A stretch of 64,000 nucleotides of DNA from Patescibacteria group bacterium (GTDB lineage: Bacteria > Patescibacteriota > WWE3 > 0-14-0-20-40-13): the NCBI GenBank assembly GCA_018896215.1, contig JAHINB010000003.1, positions 3,776-67,775 of the forward strand. Direction: 5' to 3'. A model generated the notes under the pieces. The model did no database searches, was not told the origin of the DNA, and saw only the letters and a program-made list of their open reading frames with translations. The position numbers and the translations under genes are program-made. Positions within the stretch are counted from its first letter, which is position 1. The number at the start of each line of letters is the position of its first letter. This document shows positions 46,335 through 55,494 of this stretch, piece after piece.

Positions 46335-46367
46335 TAGGCTCGGAGCCAAATTGAGCCTATTTTTTTT
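46335..46367 (+). terminator. Rho-independent terminator after the flavoprotein gene
   Basis: TAGGCTC-GGAGCCAAATT-GAGCCTA followed by T8. Confidence 0.65.
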
Positions 46368-46434
46368 GCTACAACTACAACATTAAAACCGCACTTCAAA
46401 TAATGCTTTAATGGCAAGATATTATCGGGTACTA

Positions 46435-46465
46435 CCCGATTCGGGTAGTACCCGCATTCCGACAA
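46435..46465. repeat. REP-like palindrome TCGGGTACTACCCGA-T-TCGGGTAGTACCCG(C); second copy of the element at 17637
   Basis: 30/31 identical to 17637-17667. It lies in the intergenic leader of the NTase-deaminase operon. Confidence 0.6.
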
Positions 46466-46501
46466 TGAAAAATCTCCTTTTGCACATTCAGTTATCTATG
46501 C

Positions 46502-46526
46502 AGTCGTCGACAATTTGTCGACGACT
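46502..46526. promoter_or_regulatory. 25-nt perfect palindrome AGTCGTCGACAA-T-TTGTCGACGACT (candidate operator)
   Basis: Read directly from the sequence. It is unique in the window and lies 23 nt upstream of the NTase start. Confidence 0.4.
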
Positions 46527-46548
46527 TAATTCGTGGTAAAATTCAACC

Positions 46549-46845
46549 ATGATATCAAGACAAAAGATAGAAAAAATTAGAGAAATTTGTCAGTCACAAC
46601 CAATTGAATTTTTGGGTCTTTTTGGTTCCATGGCAAGGCAGGAACAAACCAAAACCAGCGATGTAGACTTACTTATAAGGTATCAAAATACCAGCCATCC
46701 AAGTATTTCCGACCATGTAAGAATAGAAGATCAGTTAGAAAATGCTTTAAAAAGAAATGTTGATTTGGTAACCGAAAAATCTTTAAACGAGAGGTTAAAA
46801 CCCTATGTTTACAAAGACCTTATAACCATATATGGAAAAAGATGA
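46549..46845 (+). CDS. Minimal nucleotidyltransferase (MntA/pol-beta superfamily)
   Basis: FLGLFGSMARQEQTKTSDVDLLI fits the GS-x9-13-DxD NTase motif. The 98-aa size is typical of MNT-type antitoxin-like NTases. Confidence 0.7.
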   Translation: MISRQKIEKIREICQSQPIEFLGLFGSMARQEQTKTSDVDLLIRYQNTSHPSISDHVRIEDQLENALKRNVDLVTEKSLNERLKPYVYKDLITIYGKR

Positions 46846-47303
46846 CGCTGTATATTTGGATGATAAAGAATACCTTAAGCTTGCTATAGAAAACTCTAAA
46901 AAATCAACGGATGCAGGTAATTTTCCCGCCGGGGCATTGGTGGTAAAAAACGAAAAGATCCTATCTTCCACTGTTAGTTCTCCTTACCCTGGTCTATTTC
47001 ACGCCGACTCAAAAGCAATTACGGAAGCTTTTAGTAAAAACGGTTATTTAGAAGGGTCAACACTATACGTTGGTTTAGAATCTTGTTTAATGTGGTACTA
47101 GCATAGCCTACTGGGCAGGGATTGAAAGGATTGTTTATGCCGTTTCCAAATCTGAAGTGTCTGGTAATTATTACGAAATGTCAGAGAGCAATCGTCACTT
47201 GTTCGAGAGATTCAACAGAAAAATAAAGTTCGTACATATTAGGGGGTTGGAAAAGGAAGCCTTAAAGATTATTAGGCAATGGGAGATAAAGCAAAGCAAC
47301 TAA
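46832..47303 (+). pseudogene. Cytidine/deoxycytidylate (TadA-like) deaminase disrupted by a +1 frameshift near 47090
   Basis: The first frame reads ...PAGALVVKNEKIL...LFHADSKAI...TLYVGLESCLM then TAG. The +1 frame continues CGTSIAYWAGIERIVYAVSKSE..., matching the deaminase zinc motif region (HAE...PCxxC...AG...R.VYG). His-Ala-Asp replaces the usual His-Ala-Glu. Confidence 0.55.
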
Positions 47304-48721
47304 ATCAACATCTCTTTAGCAATTTCGATTCTTTTTAGGGTTTCAGATTTTCCGAGCACTTCTATTACTTCTCCAAGCGGAGGAGAGAAAGAACCGCCAC
47401 AAAGAGCAATTCGAATAGGCATAAAAAACTGGCGGGGAGGTGTCCCCGATTCTTTTTGGAACTTGTGAAGCTCTTCGTCAATCTCTTTGGCAATCCAATG
47501 AGCGGGCTTTAAGTTGCTTAAGTAAGTTAAGTTAGTTGCGGTTAAGGGAGCCGACAATTTTGATTCTGAAAGCATTAATTTTATCAGCTCCTCCTTAGGC
47601 GTTTTTGTCTCATTAAAAAAATACCCCGCCAAATCCCAAAATTCATTAAGTCGTTTTAGGCGGTCTTTAATAAGAGGTAACACTTTATCCAATATCATCC
47701 CATCAAGATTTTTAATTGTAGTATCGAATTGAATTAATTTGTTTTTTAATTCCTCAACAGAAAGGTTTCTAATATAAACGCCGTTTATCCAATCAAGTTT
47801 TACAATATCAAAAACAGGGGCAGCCATCCGAACATCCTCAAATTTAAATTCTTTAATCATGGTATCCAAATCAAAAATTTCTTTTTCTTTATCTCTGCCC
47901 CAAATAGTTAGTGCCAAAAAGTTAATTAAAGCCTCTGGAAGGTAACCCTGTTCCTTGTACCAAAAAACCGAAGTGTGACCTTTGCGTTTAGAAAGTTTAC
48001 TTTTATCCAAATTTCTAAATAATGGCAGATGAACCCAAATAGGCTCCTGCCATCCAAAATAGCGATATAAAAGAACATGTTTGGGAGCTGATGACAACCA
48101 CTCCTCGCCTCTTATCACATACGTTATTCCCATCAAATGATCATCCACTGTAGCAGCCAGATGGTAGGTTGGAAATCCATCGGATTTAATTAAAACCTGA
48201 TCGTCAACAGAGTCGGAATTAAAGTGCACATCGCCTCTTAGCAAATCTTTAATCACAAGATCTTCGTTATCAGGAATAATCATTCTAATTACAAAAGGTT
48301 CCCCATTTTCCACTCTCTTTTTGGCTTCTACAGGATTTATTTTGCGACAGGTTCTATCATACATTGGAGGAAGTCTGCTTTCTTGTTTTTCCTTTCGTAT
48401 TTGTTCCAGCCGTTCCTTAGAGCAAAAGCAATAATAAGCCCGACCCTTATCAATCAACTGTTTGGCGTGCTCTTGATAGATTGGTAGCCTTTCTGATTGT
48501 TTATAAGGACCTTCATCATACTTGAGACCCAGCCAGTCCAGGGCATCAAAGATTGCTTTTTCTCCTTCGGCAACATATCTAGTTTTGTCAGTATCCTCAA
48601 TCCTTAAAATAAACTTTCCGCCAGATTCCTTTCGTGAGTACACAAAATCAAAAATTGGTTGTGAGATATTACCCACATGCAAAATTCCCGTGGGGGATGG
48701 GGCAAATCTGGTTATTATCAT
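47300..48721 (-). CDS. gltX: Glutamate--tRNA ligase
   Basis: Class I HIGH-like PSPTGILHVGN and KLSKRKG (KMSKS), with full-length GluRS layout. Confidence 0.95.
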   Translation of the reverse strand: MIITRFAPSPTGILHVGNISQPIFDFVYSRKESGGKFILRIEDTDKTRYVAEGEKAIFDALDWLGLKYDEGPYKQSERLPIYQEHAKQLIDKGRAYYCFCSKERLEQIRKEKQESRLPPMYDRTCRKINPVEAKKRVENGEPFVIRMIIPDNEDLVIKDLLRGDVHFNSDSVDDQVLIKSDGFPTYHLAATVDDHLMGITYVIRGEEWLSSAPKHVLLYRYFGWQEPIWVHLPLFRNLDKSKLSKRKGHTSVFWYKEQGYLPEALINFLALTIWGRDKEKEIFDLDTMIKEFKFEDVRMAAPVFDIVKLDWINGVYIRNLSVEELKNKLIQFDTTIKNLDGMILDKVLPLIKDRLKRLNEFWDLAGYFFNETKTPKEELIKLMLSESKLSAPLTATNLTYLSNLKPAHWIAKEIDEELHKFQKESGTPPRQFFMPIRIALCGGSFSPPLGEVIEVLGKSETLKRIEIAKEMLI

Positions 48722-48749
48722 ATTTCAAATTGTATCATAGAATAGAAGT

Positions 48750-51464
48750 ATGCCCCCGCAAAGTTCTAGCGTACTCATTGCAAGAGGAAATAATTTAGTT
48801 GGTCGCAAGCTTACCGAAAGGCTGCTTAGTAGTGGCTTTAAAGTTAGTCTAACTGCTACCCCATCACCTTTAGAAGAAATAAAGCTAAAGCCTTTTTTAG
48901 ATAATCCCAATTTTAAACTTTTAGCTTTAGGCAATATCGAAAAGATTAAAAAGGAATGCAACGATACCAAAGTTATCTACTATTTTATTAATGAGGCACA
49001 GCTCGATCCTAAAGAAACCCAAGATTTTGACAATATCCTAAATTTTGCAGTAACAATCAAAGCTCGGGTTATTTTAGTGTCTGATTTGTCTGTCTATCAG
49101 GGTGTTGTTTCATCTGCCAGCTTAGATGAATATTTTGGTACCAGCGAAAACGACGAAAAAAGATTTTCTCAAGTAGAGCATAAAAGATATTTGGAGGCGG
49201 TGGCATGGAAAGTCTTTAAGAACAAACAATTAGACTTAGCTTTAGTTCGGCTATCTACTGTTTACGGTTCCCAAATGGAATTTACCCAGTATCCAATGGG
49301 TTCTATGGTTAAAGATGTGTTAGAAAACCGCCCAATTGTGGTAAAGGGTAATGGGCTTTCGAAGCACTACTTTATGCATGTTGATGATGCAACAGAAGCG
49401 TTAATTAAAGTTTCTAGTCTTAGCGACTTTTCGGGAAAAATTTTAGTTGCAATTGACAAAAATCTTGTTGCCGAAATAGAAATTGCCTATCTGTTAAAAG
49501 CACTATCCAAAAAGAAAATCGAAATTAAATTTACTCCTGCAACAGACGAAATTGTGTTTACCGAACCACCCGCCTTAGATTTTGTGGATCTAAAAACAGT
49601 AGGTTTTTCTCCCAAAATTTCTTTAAAAGAAGGGCTTATGGGGGTGCTAGAGTACTACGGTTTTTTTAATTCTCTTCCCATTGTGGAACAAGTCTTACCA
49701 CAGGCTAGCTCAAGTTCAAAAAGTTCCTTGGAAGGGGTAGAGGGGGATAAGAAAGAGCAGAAGGATAAGGTAGGGAAGGTTAGGTTTGCTTTAATTTCAA
49801 TTGTTCTTTTTGCTCTGCTTGCACACCCATTAGTTTATACAGCTAAAGCTTATTTCGGGATTTCCTATTTTTACAAGTCTCTTAATTTTTTAAATGAATT
49901 AGATGTCGAAAAAGCGCAGTACAATGCTGCAAGAGCTTATAGCTTGCTCAAGCAAACATCCAAACCTCCTGCCTATTTAAATTACTTGCAGTTATCTAGC
50001 TTTCTAAAGGTCCATCTTTATGCGGTAACAGCAGAGATTAATTATTTAAAAGCTTATGATGCTTTTCCTGCAAATTACGAGGAGTCCGTTGCTTATACAA
50101 CACTTGCTGACACCAATTTAAGTCTGGCGCAAACAGAAAGTAAAAAGGTTTCCCAAAATTTCTTAAAGTCAAAAATGAACCAGCTTTTAAATCTTAATAG
50201 CTTATCAGTTTTGACCTCTAACCTTCCAGATCTTGTTAAGTCTTTGTATCAAATTATGGGATACGATAAACCAAAGTCGTACATCTTGTTATTTACCGAT
50301 ACCGCAAAACTGCGACCTACGGGAGGTACAATTGTTTCTTATGCCAAAGTATCTTTGGATAAAGGAAAGGTTATAAGTGTAGATGTAGATGATGGGAAAG
50401 CTGTGGATGGTACGCTACAAGAAAAGGACCTTCAAACAAAATCCCCCGAGCCTCTAGAGGTCTTACAGAAAGAACCAAATTTTGTCTTTTCTGACATGTT
50501 ATGGGAACCCTTTTTTCCAAGCAACGCAGGTTTTATTTTAGATACATTTAACAATATGGATAGAAAGGAATATTCGGGGGTGGTATCTTTAAATTCTCAA
50601 ATATTTAGCGAGTTGCTAAATGTAACTGGTGAAATTTATGTTTCCGCCAACGATCGATTGGTAAACGCGAACAATGTTCAAGGGGTGCTTAAATCGTATT
50701 TGGAGCAAGAAGGCAACGGTGTTAGTTTTGGGAATAAGTCTTTTGTTTCCAATTTAGTTTACAATATTTTCCAAAAGCTTCTAGAAGGAGGTTACTCCCA
50801 AAAACACCTCCTTAGTATTTTGTACAAAAATTTAAGCCAAAAGCAAATTTTGGCTTACATTCCGCAGACCTCATTTTTTTCCAAAATGAATTGGGATGGA
50901 AACACTCAAGCGGCGTCCCGCGCCGACTATCTTTTTGTTGTAGATGCTAACCTGTCGGGGGCAAGAACTAACGATTTTATTAAAAGGGATATCTCTTATA
51001 TTGTTAACAAATCCGATGTTGGTGACGGTCTTTCGTCGACCCTTACAATAGGCTATGGGCATACGGGAAAATCCAATGCTTGGCCCGGCGGATCGTATGT
51101 AAATTACTTAAGGGTTCTTGTTCCTTATGGATCAAAAGTGGTAGGCGCTAAAATAATTGATGCTACCAGCCAAAAAAGTACAAATATTTTAAACGGGATT
51201 GCTACAAACAAAAAAGGGTTTCTGACCAGTTTTGAGACAAGCTTTGAAATTAAAGCTCAAGAAAAAATTAAAGTGCAATTAGTCTACGATTTACCACTTA
51301 CAGTTTTTGATTCATCCCGTATCGAAAAAGGTTATTCGTTGGTAGTTCAAAAACAATCGGGAACGGTAGCCGACCCTTTTAATTTTGTTTTTAATGCAGG
51401 TGCCGAATCGTTTAAGTCTCAAACGCTTTTAAGCGAGGACAGATATTTTGACATTAAACCTTAG
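48750..51464 (+). CDS. Large membrane-anchored protein: N-terminal NAD(P)-binding epimerase/dehydratase-like domain, one TM, and a roughly 550-aa extracytoplasmic domain (DUF4012-like)
   Basis: N-terminal Rossmann-like region (VLIARGNNLVGRKL...), a TM at about residues 345-370, and a long Ser/Asn-rich C-terminal domain. Confidence 0.45.
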   Translation: MPPQSSSVLIARGNNLVGRKLTERLLSSGFKVSLTATPSPLEEIKLKPFLDNPNFKLLALGNIEKIKKECNDTKVIYYFINEAQLDPKETQDFDNILNFAVTIKARVILVSDLSVYQGVVSSASLDEYFGTSENDEKRFSQVEHKRYLEAVAWKVFKNKQLDLALVRLSTVYGSQMEFTQYPMGSMVKDVLENRPIVVKGNGLSKHYFMHVDDATEALIKVSSLSDFSGKILVAIDKNLVAEIEIAYLLKALSKKKIEIKFTPATDEIVFTEPPALDFVDLKTVGFSPKISLKEGLMGVLEYYGFFNSLPIVEQVLPQASSSSKSSLEGVEGDKKEQKDKVGKVRFALISIVLFALLAHPLVYTAKAYFGISYFYKSLNFLNELDVEKAQYNAARAYSLLKQTSKPPAYLNYLQLSSFLKVHLYAVTAEINYLKAYDAFPANYEESVAYTTLADTNLSLAQTESKKVSQNFLKSKMNQLLNLNSLSVLTSNLPDLVKSLYQIMGYDKPKSYILLFTDTAKLRPTGGTIVSYAKVSLDKGKVISVDVDDGKAVDGTLQEKDLQTKSPEPLEVLQKEPNFVFSDMLWEPFFPSNAGFILDTFNNMDRKEYSGVVSLNSQIFSELLNVTGEIYVSANDRLVNANNVQGVLKSYLEQEGNGVSFGNKSFVSNLVYNIFQKLLEGGYSQKHLLSILYKNLSQKQILAYIPQTSFFSKMNWDGNTQAASRADYLFVVDANLSGARTNDFIKRDISYIVNKSDVGDGLSSTLTIGYGHTGKSNAWPGGSYVNYLRVLVPYGSKVVGAKIIDATSQKSTNILNGIATNKKGFLTSFETSFEIKAQEKIKVQLVYDLPLTVFDSSRIEKGYSLVVQKQSGTVADPFNFVFNAGAESFKSQTLLSEDRYFDIKP

Positions 51465-51476
51465 AATCTAAAAATA

Positions 51477-52787
51477 CTATTCCAACCTCTTATATTCTAG
51501 CGATTTTGTTTCAAAGTAGGTGGAGAAAATTTGTGGGATGCTGTTGCGAGATTGAATAGGGGAACAGGTCAAAATATCCACATGCAAAAGCATAAGTTCT
51601 GGCCAGGTGTGAATGGTCATATTGCTTTGACTAAGCACAAAATTAATTGTAATTCCGCCCCCAGGAAATTTTTTGTAGGAGCTGGTAACAGCGTTTAATT
51701 TAAGGTCCTTTAAAACTTTCTCTAGCCTTGCAATCAATTCCTTTTTATTTTCCAAAACCTTAATTGGAATCTCAAAGAGTCTTAGGGTGTGGTGCTCAAT
51801 ATAAGGAAATTTTGCAACGCTGGTATTTTGGTAGGTATAAATATCTTTCTCATTGTAATAAATAGAATCTGCCGTCGTGGTGTTAGTTGTTCTTAAAACA
51901 TAAATTGAGCTTGCGCTTCCAATGCTCTTTGCTCCAAAATAGTGGTTAAATTTGTCAATTTTATCTTCGATGACTAAATTAAAAGAATTGATAATCTCTT
52001 GAATTTTTAGAAACCTCTCGTTCGTCTTAAAGCTTGCTCCAAAACATAAAAAAATGTATTTTCCCTCACCTTTTTGTAAACCCTCAATAGCCCGCCTTAA
52101 AAAGAGGGTAATTCCCATGGGGGTATAGGGTGGGTCGGTAATTACAGTGTCAAAATTTCCTGCTGATCTTAAAGGTTTTCTTAAGTCTGCTTCGACTATT
52201 TTTATCTCCCAACCACGAGATTCCTTCTCATCATTGATAATTTTAATGATATCGGGATCAATTTCGTAAACTGTGGTAAGACTGGGCTTTCCAACTAAAT
52301 TTGCTGTAAGCGAGACCAAATCGTCGTCGCCCAGTATCAGTAGCCTTTTTTTGTCTAACGCCCCCTTGGTTTTCATGATCAGGGATTTGGCAACCGAAGT
52401 TTTGGGGGTGGCAAAAAACTGGTCGTATTCTCTTTTGGCAGTAAGTTTGTGTTTTTCTCTTACGATTTTAATCGACTCTTCAATCGCTACATCATCAAAG
52501 TTTACTAGACTCCAAATGTAGGGAGAAAAATCGTTATTGTTGATGAATTCTTTAGGAAGCCCGTTAATCTTGGTCAATAAGTTTTGGAGAGTCGCTTCGG
52601 GAACGCCAGTTTGTAGAATCAAATCGGAGAACTCTAATTTTCCAGCACTTTTAATTAAATTTAGAACACCTTCCACCTCGGCTTCTTTAAGCCCTGTTTG
52701 TTGTGCTAGTTGTCCGATTATTTTTTCCATGCCTCTGATTTTATCAGAAAGGACAGACTCTTGCGTTTTTGTTAGAAATATACTCAT
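51477..52787 (-). CDS. Fusion protein: DUF43/BpsA-like aminopropyltransferase domain plus a C-terminal AdoMetDC-like (SpeH-type) domain
   Basis: wHTH N-terminus, LILGDDDLVSLTA and DPPYT motifs (DUF43/BpsA-like), then ...GGGITINFVLSQSNMTIHTWPE...HVDILTCS resembling the prokaryotic AdoMetDC core (ES-H-ISIHTWPE...DVFTCG). Confidence 0.5.
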   Translation of the reverse strand: MSIFLTKTQESVLSDKIRGMEKIIGQLAQQTGLKEAEVEGVLNLIKSAGKLEFSDLILQTGVPEATLQNLLTKINGLPKEFINNNDFSPYIWSLVNFDDVAIEESIKIVREKHKLTAKREYDQFFATPKTSVAKSLIMKTKGALDKKRLLILGDDDLVSLTANLVGKPSLTTVYEIDPDIIKIINDEKESRGWEIKIVEADLRKPLRSAGNFDTVITDPPYTPMGITLFLRRAIEGLQKGEGKYIFLCFGASFKTNERFLKIQEIINSFNLVIEDKIDKFNHYFGAKSIGSASSIYVLRTTNTTTADSIYYNEKDIYTYQNTSVAKFPYIEHHTLRLFEIPIKVLENKKELIARLEKVLKDLKLNAVTSSYKKFPGGGITINFVLSQSNMTIHTWPELMLLHVDILTCSPIQSRNSIPQIFSTYFETKSLEYKRLE

Positions 52788-52843
52788 AATAGTTGGTAAC
52801 TCCCCCTTCTTTAAATTAGTAGGAAGATTTGTTAAATCTTGGT

Positions 52844-54193
52844 ATGAAAAAAATTTATGAGGTCATAATTGTTGGCGCTGGTCCCGCTGGTCTTTTTGCC
52901 GGATTAGAGCTTGCAAAACAGGGTGTAACAGATGTTTTAATTTTGGAAAAAGGAAATAGCATTAAAACCAGAACAAAGCAGGAAACCATGTGGGGAGTGG
53001 GTGGTTCGGGAACTTTTAGTGACGGCAAATTGCATTTTAGTTTAAATTTAAGCCAAGAAAGGCTTTTGGATTTTGTAGAAAGAGATGAGGCTCAAGAGCT
53101 TTTGGATTATGTAGAAAGCACGCTTTTGGATTTTGGGGTTACGGCTCCTGTTACCCCAACCAATCTGGAGGATGCTACTTGCTTTGTTAAAAACTGCCAA
53201 AGAAATAACATAAAACTTTATACCCGTAAGTGTCGTCATGTAGGAAGCGATGTTTTGCCTAGTATTATTGGCAATATTACAGATAGTCTTGCGAAATCGA
53301 GGATACAAATAAAACCCAACTGCGAAGTCACGGAGTTTAAAAAGGAGAAAAATATCTTTAATATTAAAACCAACCAGGGAGACTACCGTGCAAAAGTACT
53401 ACTTGTTGCTCCTGGACGAGGGGGAACCAAGTGGCTTCAAAATATTGCCAAAGATTTAAAAATTGGCTATGAATACCAAAAAGTTGAGATTGGCATCCGT
53501 CATGAATTCCCTGCTTCGGTTACCGAGGAACAATCAAAGGTAATGTACGAGGCAATTTATAGTGTACAAACCCCAACTTTTGATGATACCGTTCGGACAC
53601 TTTGCCCTTGTCCTAATGGTCTTGTAGCAGTTGAGGATTACGGGTCTTATATTTGTGTCAACGGGCATTCCAGTTCCAAAAACGAATCCCCCAATAGTAA
53701 TTTTGCTCTGGTGCAAGAGGTGGTTTTAACCGAGCCTGTGGAAAACACCACTGATTATGCAATTTCTATCGCAAAGTTGGCAACAACTCTTGGCGGGGGA
53801 AGACCTTTAATTCAGCGGTTGGCTGATTTGCAGAGTGGTAGAAGAAGCACGCAATCCAGAATTGCCAAAAGCAATATTACCCCAAGTTTAAAAGACGCTA
53901 CCCCCGGAGATATCTCCATGGCGCTACCATACAGAATCGTGAGAAACCTTTTGGAGACGCTGGAGATTTTGGATAAAGTTTTACCGGGAATTAACGCTGG
54001 TTCCAATTTTTTATACGCGCCAGAAATAAAACTGCGAGGCTCCAGAATTATAACCAATAAATTTTTGGAGACACAAATTAAAGGGTTGTTTGTGGCGGGA
54101 GATGGGGCGGGGGTTTCGGGTAACATTGTCGGCGCCGCCGCAACCGGTGTTATCGCCGCAAGGGGAATTAACTCTGTTTTTCTCAAAAAATAG
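52844..54193 (+). CDS. FAD-dependent oxidoreductase (COG2509-like uncharacterized FAD-dependent dehydrogenase)
   Basis: VIIVGAGPAGLFAGLELAKQG dinucleotide-binding motif and the C-terminal FVAGDGAGVSGNIVGAAATG. Confidence 0.75.
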   Translation: MKKIYEVIIVGAGPAGLFAGLELAKQGVTDVLILEKGNSIKTRTKQETMWGVGGSGTFSDGKLHFSLNLSQERLLDFVERDEAQELLDYVESTLLDFGVTAPVTPTNLEDATCFVKNCQRNNIKLYTRKCRHVGSDVLPSIIGNITDSLAKSRIQIKPNCEVTEFKKEKNIFNIKTNQGDYRAKVLLVAPGRGGTKWLQNIAKDLKIGYEYQKVEIGIRHEFPASVTEEQSKVMYEAIYSVQTPTFDDTVRTLCPCPNGLVAVEDYGSYICVNGHSSSKNESPNSNFALVQEVVLTEPVENTTDYAISIAKLATTLGGGRPLIQRLADLQSGRRSTQSRIAKSNITPSLKDATPGDISMALPYRIVRNLLETLEILDKVLPGINAGSNFLYAPEIKLRGSRIITNKFLETQIKGLFVAGDGAGVSGNIVGAAATGVIAARGINSVFLKK

Positions 54194-54300
54194 TTTGCTT
54201 TATGTAACTTATAGCCATTGTTGTTTATCTTGTGTAGATCGTATAAAATTTGGCAGTTCAAAACAACACTAGGTTGCATCACTCACACAAGGAGGAGGAA

Positions 54301-55386
54301 ATGAACACAGGTGCCGTATTGGTAGGGGACGCTTTTTGGGGCGACAGTGGCAAGGGTAAAGGTGCCGCCTGGCTTGCGCTGATGTATAGCGCACAGATAG
54401 TTCTTCGTGGGGGCGGGGGTCCCAACGCCGAACATGGGATCTTTGTGGGAGAGCACTATGTTCGAACCAACCAGCTTCCGCTTAGTTGGATTTTAGCAGG
54501 ATGTCCGATTGCGATTGGGTCTGGGACTGCAGTGGATCCAGTCAAGTTGCTTTCCGAGATGGAAAGATTTGGTCTTGGTTCTGATAGAGTCCACATAGAT
54601 CCCCGTTGCCCTATAGTGGAAAGCAGGCACATAGCACAAGAGGTAGCAGATGCGGATATGGAAGCCATTGGTTCGACAAAGAGTGGGACGGGAGCCACAC
54701 TGGTCGAATTTCTACGACGAGGAGAAGAGGTACGGCAAGCAAAAGATGTACCGCAACTTGCACCACTTATCCAAGATGTTGTGGTACTCTCCAACAAACT
54801 GGCAAGGGATGGGGTTGTGGTCGTTGAGGATGGCCAGGGATTTTGGCTGTCCTCGCGCTATGGAGAATATCCTAATGTGACCTCCAAGAACTGTACAACT
54901 GGGGCCATGATCGATGCCATAGGTCTGGGTTGGAGGTTAATCGGGGAAGTTTGGCTTATGGTGAAATCAAAACCCACGAGAGAGGGGAAGGGTGGTATGG
55001 GAAAATGCAGAGAGCTTACACTAAAAGAGATGAGACGGAGGGGGTTAGTGGAAGCCAGTTCGATTGGGGGTGTTCCCAGAAGGAAAGTTGATGGGATCGA
55101 CTTCGACCTGCTGAAATACGCAGTTATGGTCAATGCACCGACTCACATTGCGTTGACCTTCGCAGAGCACCACGACCCCGAAGTTTCTGGGGTTACGAGT
55201 GCCGATAAGCTTACGCCAAAGACGAGGGAACTCATCGCAAGAGTTGAGAGGGAAACGGGGGTGCCGGTGGGGATGGTCGACACGGGAAAGCAGTTCAACC
55301 ATGTTGTCAGTATCCCCCCGACGATGCCTATTCCCGAGCTGGACGAGAAAACGCTTGCCCGTTTGGCGTCGTATGTAGGGAGGTAG
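54301..55386 (+). CDS. purA: Adenylosuccinate synthetase-like protein, short (archaeal-type length, about 361 aa), in a GC-richer segment
   Basis: P-loop-like GDAFWGDSGKGKG (compare QWGDEGKGK), GGGGPNAEHG (compare GG.NAGHT) and GSTKSGTGAT (compare TT.RGIGPAY). SD AAGGAGGAGG precedes the ATG at 54301. GC is clearly above the flanks. Confidence 0.7.
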   Translation: MNTGAVLVGDAFWGDSGKGKGAAWLALMYSAQIVLRGGGGPNAEHGIFVGEHYVRTNQLPLSWILAGCPIAIGSGTAVDPVKLLSEMERFGLGSDRVHIDPRCPIVESRHIAQEVADADMEAIGSTKSGTGATLVEFLRRGEEVRQAKDVPQLAPLIQDVVVLSNKLARDGVVVVEDGQGFWLSSRYGEYPNVTSKNCTTGAMIDAIGLGWRLIGEVWLMVKSKPTREGKGGMGKCRELTLKEMRRRGLVEASSIGGVPRRKVDGIDFDLLKYAVMVNAPTHIALTFAEHHDPEVSGVTSADKLTPKTRELIARVERETGVPVGMVDTGKQFNHVVSIPPTMPIPELDEKTLARLASYVGR

Positions 55387-55405
55387 ATAGGTAGTAGTGG
55401 CCTTG

Positions 55406-55466
55406 GGGGACACAACGGATACAGCGCTAAGGTAGCGTTCCGTTGCTTGTCCCCTGTTGTTTTTGT
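55406..55466 (+). terminator. Terminator hairpin after the purA-like gene
   Basis: GGGGACA...ACGGA...TCCGT...TGTCCCC followed by TGTTGTTTTTGTGG. Confidence 0.5.
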
Positions 55467-55494
55467 GGTAAAATAGATGCGGAGGTGAGGATTT

